64,000 nucleotides of DNA. Origin: a virus. Taxonomy: Duplodnaviria > Heunggongvirae > Uroviricota > Caudoviricetes. This document shows positions 31,123-39,527 of the stretch, piece after piece; position 1 is the stretch's first letter, and each line of letters begins with the position of its first letter. Where the stretch lies: IMG/VR virus record IMGVR_UViG_2910649936_000002, positions 2,713 through 66,712 of that record; one strand, written 5' to 3'. Both the position numbers and the translations under genes were made by a program. Under the pieces are notes generated by a model. The model was not told the DNA's origin. It did no database searches and was given only the letters and a program-made list of their open reading frames with translations.

Positions 31123-31344
31123 TCATTTATTTTTGATATCTGCATTTATGTATTTATTTGATACCTTATTTAAGAAATATAATAAAAATGGAATAATCAA
31201 ATTTGAAATCCCAATTATCATATTGAAAGCACATAATACCGGCGAATAATTGGTAAGCCCATAAAGAATATTCGCCATACCGAACAAAAAATTATACCAA
31301 TAGTCTATTAAATATTTATGCGTTTTGTGTTGTCCTCTTATCAC
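31123..31344 (-). CDS. Small membrane protein
   Basis: Hydrophobic 73-aa ORF. Confidence 0.3.
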   Translation of the reverse strand: MIRGQHKTHKYLIDYWYNFLFGMANILYGLTNYSPVLCAFNMIIGISNLIIPFLLYFLNKVSNKYINADIKNK

Positions 31345-31561
31345 CTTTCTCTAATTCTATACGTAGCTTTAATACTACGTATAGAAAACCAATACTGTTT
31401 ATCTTTTATGAAACCATTTGGATGCCCAATTCTCTCTACTGGTAATTATACTAATAGCATTAAAAACAAATGCAACTATATAAAAAACTATAAAACCAAT
31501 ACAGGACAAAAATAACAGAATAACAATCAATCCCAATAATACCAGAATTAAACTTTCCATA

Positions 31562-32434
31562 TTATTCACCTTTTGTATCGGTTACAACTGCATCGCCTCC
31601 ATTTACAGTTACCCAACCATGTTCCATGCGAGCTTCCGCCTCTTTCATATCAATCAGTTCCTGAGTAATGGACTCAGAAATAAGTCTATTTGCTTCAGCT
31701 TCTGCCTGTGCATTTGTAATTGTAACGGCTGCATCTGCTTCAGCTTTAGCTTTTGCAGCATCTCCCTGTGCAATTGCCGTCTGCTTATCTAGTTCCGCTT
31801 TTTCAGCATCCTGCTTTGCCTGTTCCTTTGCCTGAACTTTCGCCTGTAGTTCTTCATCAAGCTGAACATCAATAATCAATGCCGAAGAAATTTCAATTCC
31901 ATATTCGTCGTTTAACTTAGAGTTGAGATATTCCGTAATTGCCTGACTGACTTCAGATCTTTTATCAGAATAAATATCCATAACACTAAACTGAGGCGTT
32001 ACTTCCTTGATATAAGCAATAATCGAATTCTGTACCATAGAATCAACAATCTGATCCCCGTCCATACCATTAAATTTTTCATAAAGCTTTGTCACCCGAT
32101 CAGCCATAAAGTTATAATTAACCGTCATATTTAGCTTTACCATACCACCATCTGCCGGTGCATCTACATGCCAATCAGCATGTTCGTCCTCATTGTAATC
32201 TTCTGGATTGTTACTAAGAACCAACTGCTGCTGTGCAATTGGATAATCTTTTACCTTATCAAATGGACTCACAAAGTGAAAACCTGGAGTAAGAGTTTCT
32301 TCTTTTACTCCGTTCTTCATTGAATACACAACTCCTACTTCACCTTGTCCAACATATGTACCTGCCGTAACAGCCCATGCAGCGGCACCGACAACTGCCA
32401 GTCCAATAATTACACCAACCACTTTTGCTTTCAT
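31562..32434 (-). CDS. SPFH/band-7 (prohibitin/flotillin-like) membrane protein
   Basis: N-terminal TM anchor. SPFH-domain core (GEVGVVYSMKNGVKEETLTPGFHFVSPFDKV). C-terminal Ala/Lys/Glu coiled coil. A GGAGG RBS lies 9 nt upstream. Confidence 0.75.
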   Translation of the reverse strand: MKAKVVGVIIGLAVVGAAAWAVTAGTYVGQGEVGVVYSMKNGVKEETLTPGFHFVSPFDKVKDYPIAQQQLVLSNNPEDYNEDEHADWHVDAPADGGMVKLNMTVNYNFMADRVTKLYEKFNGMDGDQIVDSMVQNSIIAYIKEVTPQFSVMDIYSDKRSEVSQAITEYLNSKLNDEYGIEISSALIIDVQLDEELQAKVQAKEQAKQDAEKAELDKQTAIAQGDAAKAKAEADAAVTITNAQAEAEANRLISESITQELIDMKEAEARMEHGWVTVNGGDAVVTDTKGE

Positions 32435-32437
32435 ACT

Positions 32438-32611
32438 TTACATTTCCTCCTTGATATCTTCTTTTATTTTTTCATGTGTCTCTTTTTCAATTTCAAATAA
32501 ACTATTTCTTCTCTGTATGGATATGTCAATTTTGCTCCACACCCAATACACTAATAATCCCGCTAGACTAAGAATTAACACTAAGCCAACAAACAATAAA
32601 AATCTTCCCAT
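32438..32611 (-). CDS. Small single-pass membrane protein translationally adjacent to the SPFH gene (possible NfeD-like partner)
   Basis: Translated by hand: MGRFLLFVGLVLILSLAGLLVYWVWSKIDISIQRRNSLFEIEKETHEKIKEDIKEEM. Its stop lies 3 nt before the SPFH ATG, and its 3' end contains the SPFH RBS. Not in the ORF table because it is under 60 aa. Confidence 0.45.
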   Translation of the reverse strand: MGRFLLFVGLVLILSLAGLLVYWVWSKIDISIQRRNSLFEIEKETHEKIKEDIKEEM

Positions 32612-32784
32612 AATTTACTCACCACTCTTTACTTTTTGAACCACCTTTAAAACAATATTCTTTTTCTCAAAATATTTATCGTGCTTTAGAAGCCACCATG
32701 ATTTTTAAGAAAATTGTGAGAGATACATTCTTTCAGTTTTATACAATATTAAAGCGAATGTAGATTTCTTCTATATTAGCTTCA

Positions 32785-33045
32785 TCACAATTCTTTCAAC
32801 TGTTTTTTCAGTTCTTTAATATGATTAGATATGGAATCAATAATCATATTTGATAATTCAGTATATTTTCTTAAATCCAATATCTTATCGTACATTTGAT
32901 TCCCAGAAAATTCATCGCGCCATTTTACATATTTAGCCTTAATTACGTTTGCACCACATTTATCATTAAAAGCTATTAAAAAACATTCCAACTCGTTTAT
33001 TTCTGTCGTTATTTCATTTCCTTGTTTTAACCGTTCTTCTGTCAT
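32785..33045 (-). CDS. Hypothetical protein
   Basis: 86-aa ORF. Confidence 0.3.
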   Translation of the reverse strand: MTEERLKQGNEITTEINELECFLIAFNDKCGANVIKAKYVKWRDEFSGNQMYDKILDLRKYTELSNMIIDSISNHIKELKKQLKEL

Positions 33046-33358
33046 AATAGTTCCTTTTCAATTTCTTTTCTCACTTGGTTTCTGATAATTTTCTTTGCAA
33101 TTTTATGCCACTTCTTCTTTGCTCCAACCGTTATGATTATTAGCCCAGCAAGCATATTTCCTGTCAAAATTAGAATAATAATCATTATGATTAACATTTT
33201 GAAAATCTCTCATAAATTACTTCTCTTTCTGTTTATCGTTATTATTACTCTTTTTCTTTTTCGCAACTAGCATTTCCGCTTTCAAATAATTATCCAATTT
33301 TTTCATATTGCTAATCATCTTCTGATAATGCGTTACTTGTTTCTTTTTACTTTTATTC

Positions 33359-34867
33359 TTACCCATTATTTTTTTCCTTCTCTTTTACTTTTAATCCCAT
33401 CTCTAAATATAGTTCATCTACTATATTCTCTTTTCGTTCCAAACATTTATAGATTTTTGTCTCGTCAATCGTATGCTTCGCTTGTAAAATAATATATGTA
33501 CATTTGTTTTCCTGTCCGATACGGTGAATTCTATCTTGGCTTTGACGATATTCTTCATAACTGAAACTTAGCGAATAATAAATGTTATAGGTGCATTTTG
33601 TAAAGGTTACTCCTTTCCCCAGCAATTTAGGATGAGCAAAAAGTAATCTGATATTACCCTCTTTAAATTCGCGAATGATCTCATCACGATTCTTTGTTTT
33701 TGATGTAAGTCCTACACCTTTAAACTTCTCCGAAAGAGATTCAATTTCATGTGTAAACTGACACCATACAATTACTTGCTTGTCCCCTATCTCTTCCAAA
33801 GTTTGTTTTAATAAATCTTCTTTATTTGTCTTAAACGTAGAAATTGTTGCGTCTTTATTAATAACAAACCCACTAAAAACTTCTCTTATTTTCATTAACT
33901 TAGCTGTAAATTCAAATTTCGACCACTGATTTATATTGTCTTTTATATCTTGCATTATATTGTCATAATACAAACTTTGTTCTTTTCCCATCTCAAATTG
34001 TTTAATTTCAAAAACCTTTGGAGGCAAATCAACGCAATCTTCTTTTTTTAAAAAAACAGCACCTTCAGATAATCGCGCAAATAATCTATCTTTATCATCC
34101 TGGGTTTGATACCATACATGTGGATTTGCCATATCCTGATGAAAATATGTAGCCTGCCATCCGTAATACGAATTACCGAATAAGTCTGGCAGCACAAACT
34201 TCATTTGTGGATATAATTCTAAATTAGAATTTGGGTTTGGAGTTCCGCTAAGAACATAGCGTCTGGGAATAACATCAATCATAGATAGAATATCTGTTGT
34301 AATCTGTGATTTCATATTTTTCATCACAGAACTTTCATCTACAATCATGCATTGAAAATCAGATTTGCGTATTTCATTTTTTAGGATTTTGTATGTATCA
34401 TAGTTCATTACGTATACATCTACTTTTGCATGAAGCGCTTCGATTCGTTTACTTTGACTATTTCCCCAACAATTTATAATCTTTATTTCTGGATAGAACT
34501 TACGACAATCATCTATCCAGGCAGTTTCAATCACAGATAATGGACATAGAACTAATGTCTTACCGATATGTTTAGCAATTTCTAAAGCCGTTATAGTCTT
34601 TCCTGTCCCCGTATCCATAAAGATACCATATCCCTCATGATTTAACGCTTCATTCACAATATCCGCTTGATACTTTCGCAGAAATTTTGAGGTTTCATAT
34701 TTACTTGTCTGTTTCTCTGGAATCTCAAATTGACTATCTATTAATCCGACTTGTTTTAGAATCTTTGCTGAAGAATCCGGGAAGAACCAATGTCCATCCC
34801 TGAACCGTCTTCCCTCTATTGTTCTTATATATGGTATCTTCTCCACTGGCACTTCAATTTCAATCAA
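33359..34867 (-). CDS. SNF2/RAD54-family helicase (DEXH ATPase)
   Basis: Motif I DTGTGKTITALE. Motif II MIVDESS. Helicase-C blocks LLFAHPKLLGKGVTF and RQSQDRIHRIGQ. Confidence 0.8.
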   Translation of the reverse strand: MIEIEVPVEKIPYIRTIEGRRFRDGHWFFPDSSAKILKQVGLIDSQFEIPEKQTSKYETSKFLRKYQADIVNEALNHEGYGIFMDTGTGKTITALEIAKHIGKTLVLCPLSVIETAWIDDCRKFYPEIKIINCWGNSQSKRIEALHAKVDVYVMNYDTYKILKNEIRKSDFQCMIVDESSVMKNMKSQITTDILSMIDVIPRRYVLSGTPNPNSNLELYPQMKFVLPDLFGNSYYGWQATYFHQDMANPHVWYQTQDDKDRLFARLSEGAVFLKKEDCVDLPPKVFEIKQFEMGKEQSLYYDNIMQDIKDNINQWSKFEFTAKLMKIREVFSGFVINKDATISTFKTNKEDLLKQTLEEIGDKQVIVWCQFTHEIESLSEKFKGVGLTSKTKNRDEIIREFKEGNIRLLFAHPKLLGKGVTFTKCTYNIYYSLSFSYEEYRQSQDRIHRIGQENKCTYIILQAKHTIDETKIYKCLERKENIVDELYLEMGLKVKEKEKNNG

Positions 34868-35891
34868 TTACATCACCTACTGAATCTTTCAGTTTTTTTA
34901 TTTCAGATTTCTTCATACCCAGCTCATTTAATTGTGCTTCAAGCAATTTGATTTCGGCACACAGTTCCTTTTTCCTATCACGCATTTCTTTCATTTCTTC
35001 TTTTTCAGCTTTTCCCTTTTCTTTGTTCAGTTCGCCAATCTGAAGTTGTTCTTTAAAACGCTCTAACATTTTTTCATATGAGTCATCGGATTCAAATACT
35101 GCCTCATCCCACTTATTGAAGATTTCCTGTGCTGCATCGTAAAATTCTTTCTTCAGCTCAATTCCAATTGCATTTCTATGGTTTTCAATAGCTGCACGGT
35201 TACAAGTTCCAGAACCAGCAAACGGATCAAGAATCGTATCGCCAGGGCAAGAGTATAACTTAATTAATCTTCGACAAAGTTCATAAGCAAACGGTGTCAT
35301 ATGATTTGCACCACCGATAGAACTATTCGGAATCTTCCACACGCCAGAAGCCCATGTCGCCCATTCTTCCAGTGTAATATCACTACCACTTTCCCTACTC
35401 ATAAGACCATCTGTTGACTTCTTATATACATATACATATCCAAAATTGGCGGCAATGATTGTATCTCTAACCTTAAGGTTTCTGTACCAAAGAGAACCGT
35501 CTGAAATCATTGCTCTTTGTGGCGTATATTTTTCCCAACAGATTTCACTCCACAAACAAAATCCATTATCTGTAAACATTTTATTAATTGCACCAGTAAT
35601 AGATTCTTTACCTCTCCGACCATCTCGACCAATCGTATAATTATAATCTTCATACTGCATACAGAACTTACCGCCTGGCTTTAGAACCCTCTGACACTCG
35701 GCAATAACTAAACCGAGCAGGTAATAATATTCCTCATACGATTCACAGTTACTTAGATCACTCGGATCATTACTATATACTCGAAGATTATGATACGGTG
35801 GACTTGTAATAATCAAATCGACGCACCCGTCATCCATCTTTTTCAGTTCTTTTAAACAGTCCCCATTAATCCATGTATTTTTTACCTTCAT
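34860..35891 (-). CDS. DNA methyltransferase, PF01555 N4/N6 type (beta class)
   Basis: GDCLKELKKMDDGCVDLIITSPPYHNL (motif IV SPPY) followed by motif I ILDPFAGSGTCNRAA. The C-terminus is coiled-coil. The gene start overlaps the SNF2 gene by 8 nt. Confidence 0.85.
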   Translation of the reverse strand: MKVKNTWINGDCLKELKKMDDGCVDLIITSPPYHNLRVYSNDPSDLSNCESYEEYYYLLGLVIAECQRVLKPGGKFCMQYEDYNYTIGRDGRRGKESITGAINKMFTDNGFCLWSEICWEKYTPQRAMISDGSLWYRNLKVRDTIIAANFGYVYVYKKSTDGLMSRESGSDITLEEWATWASGVWKIPNSSIGGANHMTPFAYELCRRLIKLYSCPGDTILDPFAGSGTCNRAAIENHRNAIGIELKKEFYDAAQEIFNKWDEAVFESDDSYEKMLERFKEQLQIGELNKEKGKAEKEEMKEMRDRKKELCAEIKLLEAQLNELGMKKSEIKKLKDSVGDVID

Positions 35892-36153
35892 GCGCCTCTC
35901 CTTTTCTGTTGATATTATTAATTAATTCCAATAAGCACTCACTTAATTTTGTGTTCCCCTTCTCCATTTCTTAATACTTTACATCCCACTTTTTTTAATT
36001 TCATCAACCTGTTTTTGAATAACTTTGTTGCTGATAATTATTAAATAAATCTCCAAAAATATTGTCAAAATTATTTGTACCTGATATATTTATCGCCTAC
36101 CCTTCTACGTGATTTTCCTTATTTACGTATCATTTATTCCTCGCTCAATAATG

Positions 36154-36579
36154 CTACTTTGGTTCCCACATAGAATATTCCTCATCATTATCTAAACTAG
36201 TACATATATCACATGTATGCGGAGGTGGATATGGAATGCCATATTTGCATGTAAGACATGTTCTCTTATTGTTATAATTCTTTGTGTCTGATATATCTGT
36301 ATCACTACAATATTCTTTGCATCTAATTGATATAATCGAGTTATGATTATCAATAATTTTTCTAATATTAGAGTCATCATAATACTTACATACTCTCTTT
36401 TTCATACAACTATTGCAATCTGAACCTGGAACATCAAATGTCATAGCTGGCTTAACATCGCTTTCTAAAATACATGTAATATCATCATCCAAAATTCCAT
36501 CTTCATTTGTATGTTTGTCGATCGCTTTTATTACGTCATCCAATAAAACAAATTTATCTACCATATTTCCTACCACCAA
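36154..36579 (-). CDS. Hypothetical Cys-rich protein
   Basis: Multiple CxxC-type clusters (CNSCMKKRVCKY, CLTCKYG, CDICTS). Confidence 0.3.
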   Translation of the reverse strand: MVVGNMVDKFVLLDDVIKAIDKHTNEDGILDDDITCILESDVKPAMTFDVPGSDCNSCMKKRVCKYYDDSNIRKIIDNHNSIISIRCKEYCSDTDISDTKNYNNKRTCLTCKYGIPYPPPHTCDICTSLDNDEEYSMWEPK

Positions 36580-36677
36580 TCACTTATCTTAATCTTTATG
36601 CTTTACCAAATTTTCTATTGTAATATTTTAATTAATAAATTAAGATTTCTTTTACTAATTTATTAAGTATATTACTT

Positions 36678-37478
36678 TTATTTTTTCTCCACACAACATT
36701 TCATTTTCCTATAACTATCTACTCTCTTTTTTCCAATTTCAAATATATCTGGATCTTTTTCAATACAAATATACTTCCTTCCTGTGTTCATACTAGCAAT
36801 AGCTAATGTCATACTACCCGCACAACTATCCAACACAATTTCTCCTGGATTTGTATACGTTTTAATCAGCCACTCAATCAAAGCAACTGGTTTTTGTGTA
36901 GAATGAATGGCACATTTTTGACTATCTTTTGGAAATTTCAATACACTTCTAGGATACCTTTCAGTCGAATCATAAGTAGTCAATCCATGAGTTCCGTAAT
37001 CGGTTGTCTCTTTGCAACCAACCTTATGTTCAGCTTTACTAATTTTTCTTACATGACCTGTTGTCTTTTGTGGATTATATGTTGGGGGGGTTTTATAGAA
37101 AATACAGATATCTTCATGAGCCCGAAGGGGCATTCGCTTTGCATTTAGAAAACCAGTTGGTTGGGATTTCTCCCAAATCAGATTATATCTCCATAATTTA
37201 CGGTTACTTTGCATCAAGTCTGACGTGAACATTCCATTTGCAAATAAAACTATTACACCATTACTTTTTATTATTCGTTTATACTCAGTCCAAAGACCTG
37301 CTTTTTTATTTTTATAAAACCAATCTAGCACATATTCTAATGTATATTCTCCTGCTTGATTGAAACATTTCAACAACGAAATAATATCTTTTTCATAATA
37401 TATTTTATTGCCAAGTATCACATAATCATTAAACGGGATCACTGTATCCCATTTGTTTCTCTTTGTCTGGCTAACCAT
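36678..37478 (-). CDS. DNA methyltransferase, PF01555-like (beta class) with a G7/C7 homopolymer inside motif IV
   Basis: HSTQKPVALIEWLIKTYTNPGEIVLDSCAGSMTLAIAS matches the HPTQKP...DPFAGSGT block. Motif IV is the variant FYKTPPTYNP and is encoded across a 7-nt C run (plus-strand G7 at 37084-37090). Confidence 0.65.
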   Translation of the reverse strand: MVSQTKRNKWDTVIPFNDYVILGNKIYYEKDIISLLKCFNQAGEYTLEYVLDWFYKNKKAGLWTEYKRIIKSNGVIVLFANGMFTSDLMQSNRKLWRYNLIWEKSQPTGFLNAKRMPLRAHEDICIFYKTPPTYNPQKTTGHVRKISKAEHKVGCKETTDYGTHGLTTYDSTERYPRSVLKFPKDSQKCAIHSTQKPVALIEWLIKTYTNPGEIVLDSCAGSMTLAIASMNTGRKYICIEKDPDIFEIGKKRVDSYRKMKCCVEKK

Positions 37479-37587
37479 ACGGAAGGTCTGTAATTATCGC
37501 ATCTATTGATTTGTCAGAAATGTATTTCATTATCTCTAAACAGTCACCATTGTATAAATTATTCGCTTTAACTTCCGTAATATTTAA

Positions 37588-37863
37588 TCACCACTCTTTC
37601 GTCAAATAACTATTTCTAATGTGCTCCCATTCGTCAGGCATGAAATTAAACTTATCTCTATTTACACACCAAGGGATAATCCTTAAATTGCTAATTTCCC
37701 AACTTCCACCTTTAGATATTGGAATTGCGTGTTCTAATGATGGCTTTGCATTATTTACTTTATTTTCCGCAATCCAATTATTAAATGTTTTATTAAATCC
37801 TTCATCGTAATAAAAATATTCAATAAATTTTTGATATTCTAGATCCGTATAATTTATCTTCAC
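37588..37863 (-). CDS. HNH endonuclease
   Basis: EHAIPISKGGSWEISNLRIIPWCVNRDK matches the HNH core (His...Asn...His/Asn). Confidence 0.55.
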   Translation of the reverse strand: MKINYTDLEYQKFIEYFYYDEGFNKTFNNWIAENKVNNAKPSLEHAIPISKGGSWEISNLRIIPWCVNRDKFNFMPDEWEHIRNSYLTKEW

Positions 37864-38048
37864 TCTGTTTTAATTCTTGTCTGGAATAATTTTTCTGAGA
37901 ACTGCTGTTGTAATCGAGTATAATTGCGACATGCAATTTTATGAGTTGTTAAAAAGTTTCTCGGATATTTGTCATATTTTGGACTGATTGTATTCATCAT
38001 TCGTGCATAATCTAATAACTCACTCACAATATATGTTACATCATCCAT
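37860..38048 (-). CDS. Hypothetical protein
   Basis: 62-aa ORF. Confidence 0.25.
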   Translation of the reverse strand: MDDVTYIVSELLDYARMMNTISPKYDKYPRNFLTTHKIACRNYTRLQQQFSEKLFQTRIKTE

Positions 38049-38057
38049 TAAAATATT

Positions 38058-38291
38058 TTATAATACAATCAATAAACTTTTCATCAGTACAGCCACTCCT
38101 ATAATGACCATAATTACATAAAATACAAAAGAACTCAAAATATATATTTTCTTCTGTTTTTCATCAAGGTGTAAAAGAATATAATTATCCGCTTTTTCAT
38201 ACAATTTCTGCATTAAAGGATTGAATATTACGAATATTATACCTGCAATACAACCACAAATAGCTGCAACAATAATATTTTCTATTTCCAT
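38058..38291 (-). CDS. Small membrane protein
   Basis: Two TM helices. Confidence 0.3.
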   Translation of the reverse strand: MEIENIIVAAICGCIAGIIFVIFNPLMQKLYEKADNYILLHLDEKQKKIYILSSFVFYVIMVIIGVAVLMKSLLIVL

Positions 38292-38321
38292 ATCATCACA
38301 TCTCCTAAAATCAAAATATAC

Positions 38322-39488
38322 TTAACTATTATGTCTAAGCAGATATTCCCTGCTTACGTTTTTAAAACTCTGTTGTCCATATAAATCACGATATACAAAT
38401 CCTTCTCTCCTTACTTTGGGATTGATCTTGCTAAATCCATCTGCTTCCAACTTTATCTCTTCCATTGTTTTAGGAAGATAATAATTGGTATCAATAATTG
38501 GAACTGTCTTAAATTCATATAATTTACAAATGTACTCCATTAATGCGTTATCAATACGAACTCCATCAATAACAATATTGAAGACATATAAGTCATTTTC
38601 TTTTAACTTATATGGATTTCCTTGTACATTGCCAACACCTTCCCCCTGTATTACAACACGATTATAATTATTTTTAATTGCAATCTCTTTTAATTTGTTT
38701 TCAATATCATACTTGTCAGAAAGCTCCCAATAAATATTTGATTCATGATAGCATTCCTGATTGCGATCTGCTTGGCGCACATTCCGAGAACACACGATAT
38801 ATTCAAACTTATCCTTCCCTTTCTTTAGTCTATTCACGGCAAATGTACAACTTGTGCCATCTAATTTTTCTGTCTTTACCCACGGTTCTTCAGACTGTAA
38901 ATAAAATGGACAATTTTCAATTCGATTTTCATCTGTCTTTTTTATCCATTCTGGGAACTTTTTAGGATTATCTTTTTTACGACTACCAAAGAAAAGAAAT
39001 AGAATTTTTCTTCCAGATTTATACTTCATCATTTTTTTAATCACTGGATTCTTAAACAGTTCCTTATGTCTTACTGCCATAGACTTGTATTTTGCTTCAG
39101 GATCAACTTTATTGGATTTCCTTCTGACATCTTCTAAGGAAGAATATATAATTTTCAAATCTGTTGTTACATCTGTTCCTATTGGTTTATCTAATAATTC
39201 TGGAAATGATGTAATAGGAAGTGCCAATCCCTGACTGATAACCTTAAATTTGCCAAGTTTCATGGTCTTTACTTTGTAATGCTTCGATTTCAAAAAACTG
39301 AATCTTTCATCACTTTCAGGACACTTGCTATCAATTTCAATATAAACAGCCTTATCATCCGGCTTAAATTCGCCTTTCTTTGCGATACATACCCAACCTA
39401 ATACACCAATTAATTCAATGTTATCTGCACCTTCAATCGGTTTTACCCATTCAATTTTTTCAATATGTGCTAATGCTCTTTCAGCCAT
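38322..39488 (-). CDS. ATP-dependent RNA ligase-like nucleotidyltransferase (Rnl family)
   Basis: Motif I TEKLDGTSC (KxDG). Motif IV VIQGEGVG. Motif V-like ENDLYVFNIV. An N-terminal OB-like extension. Confidence 0.5.
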   Translation of the reverse strand: MAERALAHIEKIEWVKPIEGADNIELIGVLGWVCIAKKGEFKPDDKAVYIEIDSKCPESDERFSFLKSKHYKVKTMKLGKFKVISQGLALPITSFPELLDKPIGTDVTTDLKIIYSSLEDVRRKSNKVDPEAKYKSMAVRHKELFKNPVIKKMMKYKSGRKILFLFFGSRKKDNPKKFPEWIKKTDENRIENCPFYLQSEEPWVKTEKLDGTSCTFAVNRLKKGKDKFEYIVCSRNVRQADRNQECYHESNIYWELSDKYDIENKLKEIAIKNNYNRVVIQGEGVGNVQGNPYKLKENDLYVFNIVIDGVRIDNALMEYICKLYEFKTVPIIDTNYYLPKTMEEIKLEADGFSKINPKVRREGFVYRDLYGQQSFKNVSREYLLRHNS

Positions 39489-39527
39489 TAAGTTACTCCT
39501 TTCTTTAGATACAATGAAAGATTCATT

